The notes beneath the pieces were generated by a model, which saw only the letters and a program-made list of their open reading frames with translations, did not search any database and was not told the origin of the DNA. A stretch of 64,000 nt of DNA from assembly GCA_900542295.1 (NCBI GenBank), contig UQNJ01000005.1, forward strand, positions 51,162 through 115,161, read 5' to 3'. Shown one piece after another: positions 8,540-17,690 of this stretch. The position numbers and the translations under genes are program-made. Each line of letters opens with the position of its first letter. Within the stretch, counting starts at the first letter, position 1. Source of the DNA: an uncultured Eubacteriales bacterium (GTDB lineage: Bacteria > Bacillota > Clostridia > Peptostreptococcales > Anaerovoracaceae).

Positions 8540-9904
8540 CTATTTAAGCTCGTATTTTTTTATCTTATAATTCAAATCCTGTTTGCTTATATTAAGTTTT
8601 CGTGCCGCTTCTGCTATAGTACTGGCTTCACTTATCGCCATCTTCAATATTTTCTTTTCATACTCGGCTAAAACTCCTTTAAGGTCCACACCCTCCCGTG
8701 GAAGTCTTTCCGATATAAATGCATCCTTTTGATTTTCATAGCTTCTGATGAGATATTGAGGCATATTTTCCATTCGTATAAGTTTAAATCCCGCTGTATT
8801 AAAAGCTCCTTCTATTACATTTTGCAGTTCTCTTACGTTTCCGGGCCAATAATACTCATTAAAAAGTCTCCTTACTTCGTTATCTATTCCGTGTATCTGT
8901 TTATTCATCTTTAAGTTATACTTGAATATAAAATGATTTGTCAGAAGCTCTATGTCCTTACGTCTCTCTCTTAAAGGCGGCAGGTAGAACTGAACCACAT
9001 TCAGTCTGTAGAACAGATCCTGTCTCAGTAAATTGTTATTTACACACTCTATAGGGTCCTGATTAAGCGCAGAAATTATCTTAACATCTATATTCACAGG
9101 CTTCGATCCCCCTACACGCCATATTTTCTTTTCTTCAATAGCTCTTAAAAGCTTTGCCTGCATTGGGAGGTCCATTGAGTTGATTTCATCAAGGAACAAA
9201 GTTCCGCCATTTGCTATCTCAAACAGCCCCGCATGATCCTCTGCTCCCGTAAATGAGCCCTTTACTGTTCCGAAAAGTATCCCTTCAAGCAGTGTCGCCG
9301 GTATGGCTGCACAGTTTTGTACAACAAAATTTTTATTATTTCTATTGCTCGAAGTATGAATTGCCTGTGCTATCATTTCTTTTCCTGTTCCAGTCTCTCC
9401 ATATATGAGTACAGAAGAGTCAGTCTGAGCAACCTGTGAAATCATATCTTTTATCCTAATCATTTCCGGAGTATTGGAAATAATGTCATTAACGCTGTAA
9501 TAACGAGTCTTATCTCCATTTCCCTTAATTACGATATTTTTTCTTTCCTTTTCACCTATAACCCTTGCAAAATCAACTGCACCGACAATTTTATCATCTT
9601 TCATAAGAGGAAGCGTGCAATATATGTTGGTTCCCACCTGTCCCGACGAAGAGTAAAAGCTTTCAAGCTGATTGAATATAGGTTCTCCTGTCTTCAGCAC
9701 TCTCATTATGCTGCTTGTTTCTTCGGTAAGTTCAGGATGAAGCTCCAATATATGCATGCCTGTAATGTTCTTTGCATCAGGCCAGTAAACATCTGCCCTC
9801 ATATTAGTATAATATTTAATTACACCTTTTTCATCGGTTATTATTACAGAGTCAAAAAAGTTATACAGATTAAGAATCTCACTCATATTATCTGTAATTT
9901 CCAT
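8540..9904 (-). CDS. Sigma-54-dependent transcriptional activator (bEBP) with N-terminal PAS sensor and C-terminal Fis-type HTH; RocR-like
   Basis: Walker A motif GETGTGKE, GAFTGA-equivalent GSFTGA, C-terminal HTH STIAEAARKLNISKQDLNYKIKKY. The start is placed at MEITDNM after RBS GGAAGGAG. Confidence 0.85.
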   Translation of the reverse strand: MEITDNMSEILNLYNFFDSVIITDEKGVIKYYTNMRADVYWPDAKNITGMHILELHPELTEETSSIMRVLKTGEPIFNQLESFYSSSGQVGTNIYCTLPLMKDDKIVGAVDFARVIGEKERKNIVIKGNGDKTRYYSVNDIISNTPEMIRIKDMISQVAQTDSSVLIYGETGTGKEMIAQAIHTSSNRNNKNFVVQNCAAIPATLLEGILFGTVKGSFTGAEDHAGLFEIANGGTLFLDEINSMDLPMQAKLLRAIEEKKIWRVGGSKPVNIDVKIISALNQDPIECVNNNLLRQDLFYRLNVVQFYLPPLRERRKDIELLTNHFIFKYNLKMNKQIHGIDNEVRRLFNEYYWPGNVRELQNVIEGAFNTAGFKLIRMENMPQYLIRSYENQKDAFISERLPREGVDLKGVLAEYEKKILKMAISEASTIAEAARKLNISKQDLNYKIKKYELK

Positions 9905-10005
9905 ATGCATATCTCCTTCCTGAAGCAACTAAAAAAGAGTGTTCACACAAATTTTGTAAACACTCTTTATTATACCATACTATTGCGGTATAAGCATGAA
10001 TCTTT

Positions 10006-11412
10006 TTAACCAAACATGCCCAGTCCGAAGAATGTATCCAGCTGTCCGAGAAGAACGAGAACCATCATAACAGGCGCTACAAATTTTATACAGAAATCAT
10101 AGAAGCCCTTTGTATGGAATTTCGCATTATTGAGACTCACTTCTTCATCTACCAGCTGAGTAGGAATTATTATAGCACAATAACATGCCCCCAGAGGCAT
10201 CAGTATACCTTCTGAAATCAAGTCTATTGCATCAAGCCATGTGCTCTGTCCGAAGAACTGAGGGAAACCGTTGGCACCAAGACCGTCCATCGAAACCAGT
10301 GTTGCTGTTATGGCAATACTTATTCCCAATATAGTTGACAACTTCTTTCTGTCAGGTTTTTTGCCTTTTTCTATTGCCTTGTCCATGGCTACGGCAGTTA
10401 TTCCCTCAAGCAATGAAATTGATGATGTTATAGCCGCTATAAATACAAGGCTGTAGAAAAGGAATCCGAAGATAGGACCAAGACCACCCATCTTGCTGAA
10501 TACAGTCTGCAATGTTATGAACAACAGTCCGGGACCCTGTGTAGGCTCAAGTCCGGAAGCAAATACAGCCGGCATAATTGCAAGTCCTGCCATAATAGCT
10601 ACTATAGTATCTGCAAGAGGAATAACAAGAGCATTTCTTTCAAGGCTTTCATTCTTAGGCAGGTATGAACCGTATGCTATCATTATGGACATACCCAGAG
10701 AAAGCGAGAAGAACATCTGTCCTCCTGCGACTGCCAAAACGGTTATCCAGCCTGTTCCTTCAAAAGCAGACCAGTCCGGTTTGAACATGAAAGCAAGACC
10801 TTCTGAAGCTCCCGGAAGCGTAACGCTTCTTATTATTACAATAACAAGCATCACAAACAAAGCCGGCATCGCTATAGATGTGAATTTTTCAATACCGCCG
10901 GAAACTCCGCCTCTTACTACCAAAACAGTAAGAATTACAAATATCAGTGAATATATGACAGTCTGCATCATGTCGGATGTAAATTCAGAGAAATAAGCGG
11001 CACTGTCCGCATCTCCTACTCCCCATCCGGCTCCGAACAAATCGCCAAGATTAGCAAGAGCATATTTTATACAATAACCGCCAAGCATTGAATAAAACGA
11101 TAATATCAGCCATGGAGCAATAGCTCCCATCCATCCTATAAATGCATACTTCTTTGACAATGCTTCATATGCACCTACAACTCCCTTGCCGGTCTTTCTT
11201 CCCAGAGCCAGCTCGGAAATCATAATTACATATCCTACAAATACTACCAATATCAAATAAAGAACTAAAAAGGCAAATCCTCCGTTAGCCCCCATCTTGT
11301 ATGGGAATCCCCACAAGTTACCAAGGCCTACGGCAGAACCTACTGCTGCCATAAGGAATCCAAAACTGGATCCGAACTGGCCTTTATGATTTTCATGCAA
11401 CTGCTGTTCCAT
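10006..11412 (-). CDS. Sodium-dependent transporter, neurotransmitter:sodium symporter (NSS/SNF) family
   Basis: N-terminal signature GSAVGLGNLWGFPYKMGANGGFAFLVLYL. 11-12 TM profile. The start is at MEQQLHE after RBS AGGAGG. Confidence 0.85.
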   Translation of the reverse strand: MEQQLHENHKGQFGSSFGFLMAAVGSAVGLGNLWGFPYKMGANGGFAFLVLYLILVVFVGYVIMISELALGRKTGKGVVGAYEALSKKYAFIGWMGAIAPWLILSFYSMLGGYCIKYALANLGDLFGAGWGVGDADSAAYFSEFTSDMMQTVIYSLIFVILTVLVVRGGVSGGIEKFTSIAMPALFVMLVIVIIRSVTLPGASEGLAFMFKPDWSAFEGTGWITVLAVAGGQMFFSLSLGMSIMIAYGSYLPKNESLERNALVIPLADTIVAIMAGLAIMPAVFASGLEPTQGPGLLFITLQTVFSKMGGLGPIFGFLFYSLVFIAAITSSISLLEGITAVAMDKAIEKGKKPDRKKLSTILGISIAITATLVSMDGLGANGFPQFFGQSTWLDAIDLISEGILMPLGACYCAIIIPTQLVDEEVSLNNAKFHTKGFYDFCIKFVAPVMMVLVLLGQLDTFFGLGMFG

Positions 11413-11641
11413 TAAATGTCCTCCTGTTTTCAATATTCATCAATCACTTTTTCATAGTAATAAAACAACTTTATCAAAAATAATTGTTGCTGTCAACAAA
11501 AACCGTCATCAATGCTCATAATTTATGCAGTAAAACAGTTTGATTGAAATCATGAGTGTGATATAATAACTACAGGCACTTTATACGGGTGCCGGAATAT
11601 AAAAAATATTCATTTAAAATAAACATTGCGAGGTAAAAAAG

Positions 11642-12124
11642 GTGTCCATTGAAGCAGTAAAAGAACATTTCAAAAAATTAGGAATTGAAGATCGAATTCT
11701 TGAATTTGATGTTTCAAGCGCCACAGTAGAACTTGCAGCAAAAGCTGTAGGTGTAGACGGAGCCAGAATATGCAAAACTCTTTCCTTTAAAAGCAGCGAC
11801 GGAGGGTGCATATTAATTCAAACAGCCGGCGATGCTAAAATAGATAACAGAAAGTTCAAAGATACTTTCGGTTACAAAGCAAAAATGCTTTCGCCTGATG
11901 AGGTGGTATCTTTCACAGGTCATGAAATAGGTGGAGTATGCGCTTTCGGCATAGATAACGATAATGTGAAAACTTACTGTGATGTTTCGCTGAAGCGTTT
12001 TGAAACCATATTTCCGGCATGTGGAAGTTCAAACAGTGCTATCGAATTTACATGCGATGAGCTTTTCAGCTACTCACGTTCAGAAGAATGGATAGATGTG
12101 TGCAAACTGCCCGTTATTGAGTAA
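11642..12124 (+). CDS. ybaK: YbaK/ProX-family aminoacyl-tRNA deacylase (Cys-tRNA(Pro) deacylase-like)
   Basis: GTG start. Motif HEIGGVCAFG and overall YbaK architecture (160 aa). An extended -10 TGTGATATAAT lies upstream at ~11557-11567. Confidence 0.75.
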   Translation: MSIEAVKEHFKKLGIEDRILEFDVSSATVELAAKAVGVDGARICKTLSFKSSDGGCILIQTAGDAKIDNRKFKDTFGYKAKMLSPDEVVSFTGHEIGGVCAFGIDNDNVKTYCDVSLKRFETIFPACGSSNSAIEFTCDELFSYSRSEEWIDVCKLPVIE

Positions 12125-12153
12125 TTCAAAATAGATATAATAAGGAAATCAAA

Positions 12154-13023
12154 ATGTTGCCTGAAAAGAAAAAGAAAATCAAATATGAGGTCAAGACTTT
12201 CCTTGCATTAACGATTGCTTCATGCGTTATTGCATTCAACCTGAAAAGTTTTGTTCAGACCGGAGCTCTTTTTCCGGGAGGATTCAGCGGTGTTGCCATC
12301 TTAATCCAGCAGATTGCATACAAGTTTTTTAATATTGAAATAGCGTATTCAATCATATATCTGCCGCTTAATCTTATCCCTGCATATATCGGCTTCAAGT
12401 ATATAGGAACAAGGTTTACTGTTTATTCCTTTTATGTTGTCTTTCTTTCCAGCATATTGACTGATGTTTTCCCGGCAGTAACCATCACATACGACACTCT
12501 TCTTATCAGTATCTTCGGAGGTATTCTGGGAAGCGCCGCCATAAGCATATGCCTGATAAACGGAGCCAGCGGAGGAGGAACCGACTTCATATCAATTTAC
12601 TTTTCAGAGAAAAAAGGCATAGATGCCTGGAATTACATACTTCTCGGAAATATTGTAATTCTTACTACGGCGGGAGTACTTTTCGGCTTTGACAAGGCTC
12701 TTTATTCAATAATATATCAGTATGCCGGAACACAGATAATCCAGCTTCTGTTTAAAAGATACCAGAAAGATACTCTTTTCATAATAACCGAAATGCCGGA
12801 TTCTGTATACGGCAAAATCCGTGAAATAACCCATCACGATGCAACACAAATAGAAGCTGTCGGCTGCTTCGAGGGGGCTCCAAGACATATACTGTACTCC
12901 GTAGTAGGCAGAGAACAAGTCGGCAGAGTGATAGATGCGATTAAAAAAGTAGACCCTAAGGCTTTCATAAATGTTATAAATACAGAGCAGCTGAACGGCC
13001 GCTTCTACAAACCTCCGTATTGA
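12154..13023 (+). CDS. YitT-family membrane protein (DUF161 with C-terminal DUF2179 domain)
   Basis: The N-terminal half is TM-rich. The C-terminal soluble domain reads ITEMPDSVYGKIREITHHDATQIEAVGCFEG...VIDAIKKVDPKAFINV, typical of the YitT/UPF0750 family. Confidence 0.7.
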   Translation: MLPEKKKKIKYEVKTFLALTIASCVIAFNLKSFVQTGALFPGGFSGVAILIQQIAYKFFNIEIAYSIIYLPLNLIPAYIGFKYIGTRFTVYSFYVVFLSSILTDVFPAVTITYDTLLISIFGGILGSAAISICLINGASGGGTDFISIYFSEKKGIDAWNYILLGNIVILTTAGVLFGFDKALYSIIYQYAGTQIIQLLFKRYQKDTLFIITEMPDSVYGKIREITHHDATQIEAVGCFEGAPRHILYSVVGREQVGRVIDAIKKVDPKAFINVINTEQLNGRFYKPPY

Positions 13024-13099
13024 TATTTACACTTTTAACATTTCTGTGCTATAATATTAAAAATTGTGATATTGATTGATGTATAAAAGGAGTACAGCT

Positions 13100-13987
13100 A
13101 TGAAAAAAGTAGATCTTATCGGTGTCCAGATGGACATGGGTGCAGGAACCAGAGGTGTAAATATGGGACCTGCCGCAATCAGATATGCAGGGCTTGTAAA
13201 CGGTATAAGGGCTCTCGGCATGGAATGTCATGACAAGGGAGATCTGATACCTCTTCCGGAAGGAAAAACCTCTGATAATATGCGTTGCTACGAGCAGGTA
13301 AACGACATAAACAAAAAGCTTTATCATGCGGTTATGAATTCTCTCGAAAGCGGTGCTTTCCCTGTGGTTTTGGGCGGCGATCACAGTATCGCAGCAGGTA
13401 GTATATCTGCCACATCCAAATACTACAAAAAAATAGGAATAATCTGGGTCGATGCACATGGAGACTGGAACAACGAAGAATCAACGCCTTCCGGCAACAT
13501 GCACGGAATGCCTTTCTCCGCCGTATGTGGAGCAGGTCCCGATATAATGGTTGATTTCGGACAGGGTCCCGTATATGTCGATACAAAAAACTGCGTTCAG
13601 ATCGCCGGAAGAGATATCGATGAAATGGAACGCATAAGAATGAGAGAACACGGAATAACCGTATTTTCCATCGCAGACATAGACAGAATGGGAATGCCTG
13701 CTGTAATAGAAAAAGCAATCGAAATCGCCTCAAACGGAACTGAGGGAATACATGTAAGCTTCGATGTGGATTCCATAACACCTGAATCAGCTCCGGGAAC
13801 AGGCACGATAGTTCACAGCGGACTCACTCTCAGAGAGGCTTTCTACCTTATAGAAACGCTCTGTCAAAGCGGCAGAGTCATTGCGCTTGACATGGTTGAA
13901 GTGAACCCTATGTTAGACATAAGGAATAAAACAGGTGAGCTTGCCATGGAGCTTGTTCTGTCAATGCTTGGTAAAGTTGTTTACTAA
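13100..13987 (+). CDS. rocF: Arginase
   Basis: Strong match to the B. subtilis RocF motifs GVDMGPxAIRYAGL, GGDHSIAAG, DAHGD, SFDVDS, VEVNP. The start is at MKKVDLIGV with RBS AAAGGAG. Confidence 0.9.
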   Translation: MKKVDLIGVQMDMGAGTRGVNMGPAAIRYAGLVNGIRALGMECHDKGDLIPLPEGKTSDNMRCYEQVNDINKKLYHAVMNSLESGAFPVVLGGDHSIAAGSISATSKYYKKIGIIWVDAHGDWNNEESTPSGNMHGMPFSAVCGAGPDIMVDFGQGPVYVDTKNCVQIAGRDIDEMERIRMREHGITVFSIADIDRMGMPAVIEKAIEIASNGTEGIHVSFDVDSITPESAPGTGTIVHSGLTLREAFYLIETLCQSGRVIALDMVEVNPMLDIRNKTGELAMELVLSMLGKVVY

Positions 13988-14086
13988 ACTGCAATTATAA
14001 ATCACAAAAATACAAAAAGGCATACTGAATTCTGCCCCTGCACAAGTATACGGGTTAAAGATTCGGTATGTCTTTTTTGTTTTATA

Positions 14087-14347
14087 TCAGATATTAAGCA
14101 ATATCAGCAGTATAGCGCCCGGCAGACCCAGAATCCCTGTAATTACAGCGTTAAGGGCATTAAGCGGTATTACTATTCCAAACGGTGCTCCCAACGCATT
14201 TATAACAAGAATTGCAGCGCCTCCTATAAGGCTGTTAAGCACAAGTTTCAGTATTATCTTAAGGGGCCACAAAAAAAGTCTTCCAAATATGAATACCAAT
14301 ATTACGGCTCCCGCATAAGTCAAAAATATTCCCAGATCTAAACCCAT
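14087..14347 (-). CDS. bofA: Pro-sigma-K processing inhibitor BofA (sporulation)
   Basis: 86 aa with 2 TM. The C-terminal ITGILGLPGAILLILLNI matches the BofA family. The gene sits in the conserved position downstream of recR/yaaL. Confidence 0.75.
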   Translation of the reverse strand: MGLDLGIFLTYAGAVILVFIFGRLFLWPLKIILKLVLNSLIGGAAILVINALGAPFGIVIPLNALNAVITGILGLPGAILLILLNI

Positions 14348-14420
14348 TTCTTTCCCTCCGTACTTGTATAAAATATGTCTCTTTGGAATAAAATAGAATT
14401 AAATAAATCGGAAAGGTGTG

Positions 14421-14702
14421 ATGAATTTGTCTATTTCAATAAAAGAAAGATTTTCAAAAGGCGCTCTCACTGCCGCAGAAAAATTTAGCGGCTCAAATGT
14501 TCTAAAAAACGGCCCCACATCAGATGAACAGCTTTACGGATATCTCGATGACGCACGCATCCAGTTGGAAAGAGCCGTTCTTACATTTAATGAGCTTACC
14601 GACGAAAAAGCTATAGACTACGCTTCTTACAATCTTCTTGCAGCGAGAGCAAAATACTCCTACCTTATCCAGCTTGCAAAAGAAAAAAAATTATCTCTCT
14701 GA
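14421..14702 (+). CDS. DUF2508 (YaaL-like) small protein
   Basis: The C-terminal pattern AIDYASYNLLAARAKYSYLIQLAKEKK matches the YaaL/DUF2508 signature (IDYAIYKL.AAEA.YSYLL). It is encoded on the opposite strand to recR and bofA, unlike the B. subtilis arrangement. Confidence 0.65.
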   Translation: MNLSISIKERFSKGALTAAEKFSGSNVLKNGPTSDEQLYGYLDDARIQLERAVLTFNELTDEKAIDYASYNLLAARAKYSYLIQLAKEKKLSL

Positions 14703-14723
14703 GAAATCTCAGAGAGATTTTTA
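14693..14723. terminator. Bidirectional terminator shared by the yaaL-like gene (+) and recR (-)
   Basis: Perfect hairpin ATCTCTCTGAGA-AAT-CTCAGAGAGAT followed by TTTTTA. It overlaps the yaaL-like stop codon. Confidence 0.65.
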
Positions 14724-14738
14724 ATTCTTCCTGCTTGA

Positions 14739-15338
14739 TTACAATTCACGCCTGCCTTCCATGGCTTTTAAAAGAGTAACTTCATCGGCATACTCCAAAT
14801 CACCGCCTACAGGAAGTCCGTGAGCTATTCTCGTAACCTTGATTCCGGCGGGCTTTATCAGCCTGGCTATGTACATGGCCGTCGCCTCTCCCTCAATGTT
14901 TGGATTGGTAGCAATGATAAGTTCCTTTACATCATTTTGCTGTAATCTTGTTATCAGGGACTTTAAATTTATGTCCTCGGGTCCTATTCCTTCCATAGGA
15001 GAAATTACTCCATGCAATACATGATAAAGACCGTCAAACTCTTTTATACGTTCCATTGCAGCCACATCTTTTGGGCTTTCCACCACACATATAACATCTG
15101 TCCTTCTTGCAGCATCTGAACATATTATGCAAGGTTCTGTGTCAGTAAGGTTTCCGCAGACACTGCAATATTTCATCTCCTTTTTGGCCTGCGTAATCGC
15201 ATCTGCCAGAGAGCCTGCCTCTTCATCGCTTAAAGACAATATATGAAATGCAAGTCTCTGCGCTGTCTTGTAGCCTATTCCGGGCAGTTTACCAAGTTCA
15301 CCTATAAGCCTTGCCAGAGGTTTAGGGTACTGCTTCAT
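14739..15338 (-). CDS. recR: Recombination protein RecR
   Basis: 199 aa with an HhH segment near the N-terminus, a C4 zinc finger ([16 protein letters not shown]) and a Toprim domain. Confidence 0.95.
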   Translation of the reverse strand: MKQYPKPLARLIGELGKLPGIGYKTAQRLAFHILSLSDEEAGSLADAITQAKKEMKYCSVCGNLTDTEPCIICSDAARRTDVICVVESPKDVAAMERIKEFDGLYHVLHGVISPMEGIGPEDINLKSLITRLQQNDVKELIIATNPNIEGEATAMYIARLIKPAGIKVTRIAHGLPVGGDLEYADEVTLLKAMEGRREL

Positions 15339-15359
15339 ATCATCTTACCTTAACCTTTT

Positions 15360-15707
15360 CTATAACCCCGGGATTCCCAAGCCGCCTGTCAGCTTACTCA
15401 TCTCGTTGTTTGAAATTTCTTCTATCTGTCTTATGCCCTCATTTACAGCCACAATAATCAAATCCTGGAGCATCTCTATATCCTCAGGGTCCACAACTTC
15501 AGGTTTAAGCTCGAGTTTCACAATTTCTTTCTTGCCGTTTACAGTAACATTGACTGCACCGCCTCCAGCAGTTGTCGTAACTTCTTTTTCTTCTATTTCT
15601 GCTTGAATAATCTCCATCTTTCTCTGCATTGCCTGCATCTGTTGGAGCTGCTTCTGCATACCGCCTCCGCCTGAAGGTTTTTTGCCTGCTCTCATTCCTT
15701 TACCCAT
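15360..15707 (-). CDS. ybaB: Nucleoid-associated protein YbaB/EbfC
   Basis: Motif KQLQQMQAMQRKMEIIQAEIEEKEV...VNVTVNGKKEIVKLELKPEVVDPEDIEMLQDLI. The start is at MGKGMRAG after RBS AAGGAGG. Confidence 0.9.
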   Translation of the reverse strand: MGKGMRAGKKPSGGGGMQKQLQQMQAMQRKMEIIQAEIEEKEVTTTAGGGAVNVTVNGKKEIVKLELKPEVVDPEDIEMLQDLIIVAVNEGIRQIEEISNNEMSKLTGGLGIPGL

Positions 15708-15724
15708 GTCATTCCTCCTTAAAA

Positions 15725-17374
15725 TCACTCTATTTGTATATCTATTCCTAAAAGCTGTCCCGCTTCTCTTGCTATTTTTTGAGCTTCTTCATCTTCATCA
15801 CTTTGCTGAACCAAATCTTCCTTTAATCTGCATATCAGCTTCATAGGTCTTCCTATCTGCTGCTCCATAAGTTTTTCAATATCTTTACGCTTTTGTTCAA
15901 CATATCTGAGGGTAAAACTGCTGTTGGTCACAACGGTAAAGTTGTCCTCTCCTACATGATGAAGCTCCGTGCCGCTTCTTATAAGATTAAAGCTTCCCGC
16001 ACTGCCTTCGCCCTCTTCAAATATGCTGTGCCACAATGCACCGTATGACTCCTTTTTGATGCACGGGCCACTCTGCACGGTTCTTTCATCTTGCTCAGCT
16101 GCTTCAGACCTATTGATAACGGTTTCAGACAAATCCGCCGCCTCGTTATAAGCCAAAGAGCCTTCATCTTTACGCTTATTAAACTCAGATTTCAAAACGG
16201 ATTTCTGCGCCTTTTCTTCTTGTGTTTCCATTCGTGTCTCAGATGGATCCCCATTTTTTTCTTGCAGGTTTTTTTTAATCTCAGTATGACTCTCTCCGCC
16301 TGATGCGATTGCCACTATCGCAAGCTCAAGCAAAACTCTCGGATTGGTCGACCATCTTGCGTCATTTATAGTTTTGGAAAGCTTTGTCACCGCAAAATCT
16401 ATTTCTTCCACCGAAATTCTGCTGCTCTGCTGTGACACTCTTTTTAAGTTCTCGGCAGACATATTAAGCATGTCTTCTGCATCACTGACAAACTTGGTTA
16501 TAAGCAAGCTTCGATAATGACTCACCCAGTCTTTCATAATCTGCTTGACATCTTTGCCCTCGCTCAGTACATCATTCAGAAGAATCAATGCCTCTGCCGA
16601 TTTTCTAAGTGAAACCAGTTCAGTTAAATCTATGAAAAATTCCTCGCCTGTTGTACCGACATACTCAAGAACTTTCTCCCTGTCTATATATTTATCTCCG
16701 CCTGCAAGCACCTGGTCCAAAATACTGAGACCATCTCTCACAGAGCCGTCTGCACAATTTGCAAGAAGCCTTACCGCATCGTCTGTTATTTCAATATCTC
16801 TTTCCCTGCATATAGTCTTCATACCTCCTGCTATGACAGTTTGAGACACACGTCTGAAATCAAGACGCATACAGCGTGACAGTATGGTCTGCGGTAATTT
16901 TTGCGGTTCAGTTGTTGCAAGTATGAACATAACATGCTCGGGAGGCTCCTCAAGTGTCTTGAGCAATGCGTTGAAAGCACCCTGCGACAGCATGTGAACC
17001 TCGTCGATTATATATACTTTCTTCCTGCCTGATGACGGAGGATATTTGACACTTTCCCTAAGCTCCCTTATATTCTCTACACCATTATTGGAAGCTGCAT
17101 CTATCTCGATGACATCCATAAAACTGCCATCCTTGATGGCCTTGCAATTTTCACATTTTCCGCATGGCCTTTCTCCTTCCGAAAGACAATTGACTGCTTT
17201 TGCAAGAATCCTTGCCGTCGTAGTCTTTCCCGTTCCCCTCGTTCCGCAGAAAAGGTATGCATGACTCACTGTTTCACTACGTACTTGATTTTTCAGTATC
17301 TTAACTATATGCTCCTGCCCCAGTATTTCATCAAACACTTCAGGTCTGTGGCTTCTGTATAACGCAGTATACAT
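15725..17374 (-). CDS. dnaX: DNA polymerase III subunits gamma/tau
   Basis: AAA+ motifs YLFCGTRGTGKTT and IIDEVHML. Zn-finger CGKCENC. Confidence 0.95.
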   Translation of the reverse strand: MYTALYRSHRPEVFDEILGQEHIVKILKNQVRSETVSHAYLFCGTRGTGKTTTARILAKAVNCLSEGERPCGKCENCKAIKDGSFMDVIEIDAASNNGVENIRELRESVKYPPSSGRKKVYIIDEVHMLSQGAFNALLKTLEEPPEHVMFILATTEPQKLPQTILSRCMRLDFRRVSQTVIAGGMKTICRERDIEITDDAVRLLANCADGSVRDGLSILDQVLAGGDKYIDREKVLEYVGTTGEEFFIDLTELVSLRKSAEALILLNDVLSEGKDVKQIMKDWVSHYRSLLITKFVSDAEDMLNMSAENLKRVSQQSSRISVEEIDFAVTKLSKTINDARWSTNPRVLLELAIVAIASGGESHTEIKKNLQEKNGDPSETRMETQEEKAQKSVLKSEFNKRKDEGSLAYNEAADLSETVINRSEAAEQDERTVQSGPCIKKESYGALWHSIFEEGEGSAGSFNLIRSGTELHHVGEDNFTVVTNSSFTLRYVEQKRKDIEKLMEQQIGRPMKLICRLKEDLVQQSDEDEEAQKIAREAGQLLGIDIQIE

Positions 17375-17436
17375 AATTTGCTCCTTTTACTCCGCGTCTA
17401 CTGTTACGCAGAGTTAAAAAATTCTTTAAAGTTAAA

Positions 17437-17598
17437 GATTGCCCTTAAAGAGCTGCGCATGGCGTTGGAGAAGGCTAATCTGCGGCACATAAGAACTTCC
17501 GCTTATTGCTGCTTCCTTCCGGACCTGACAAGGTTCACGGCATCCCATTGCGCAGGACCCAAACCATGCCAGGCGAAGCTCTTTAAGGGCAATTCAAT
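17437..17598 (-). ncRNA. ffs: Signal recognition particle RNA (small 4.5S-type), approximate ends
   Basis: The minus strand contains the universally conserved domain-IV motif GUCAGGUCCGGAAGGAAGCAGC (rc of plus 17498-17527). The 5' and 3' ends pair (UUGCCCUUAAAGAGCUUCGCCUGGCAUGG with CCAUGCGCAGCUCUUUAAGGGCAA). The conserved ffs-dnaX synteny supports the call. Confidence 0.8.
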
Positions 17599-17603
17599 TA
17601 TAA

Positions 17604-17636
17604 CTATTATATTATCTTTCCTGAAAATTTTCAAGT
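17604..17636 (-). promoter_or_regulatory. Sigma-A promoter of ffs
   Basis: On the minus strand: TTGAAA - 17 nt - TATAAT (-35 rc at 17629-17634, -10 rc at 17606-17611). The predicted TSS is ~17598. Confidence 0.65.
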
Positions 17637-17690
17637 ATTTGTTGTACATTCGCTGTATTCAAACACATATCAAATGAGTTCTGTCAACTT

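Noticed and set aside
11434-11641. Search for a second sigma-54 (-24/-12) promoter upstream of the NSS transporter, and a GGCAC...GTGCC inverted repeat near the ybaK promoter.
   Set aside because: No TGGCAC-N5-TTGC match is present on the minus strand. The inverted repeat has only 5-6 bp arms and lies in a divergent promoter region, which is too weak to call an operator.
13049-13806. Three minus-strand ORFs (136, 149 and 69 aa) overlapping the arginase gene.
   Set aside because: They are antisense to a gene with very strong arginase homology. Their Arg/Leu/Phe-rich composition is artefactual.
17378-17677. 99-aa plus-strand ORF between dnaX and ligA.
   Set aside because: It overlaps the SRP RNA gene and its promoter on the opposite strand. 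The conserved domain-IV RNA motif explains the conservation, so a coding call is unnecessary.
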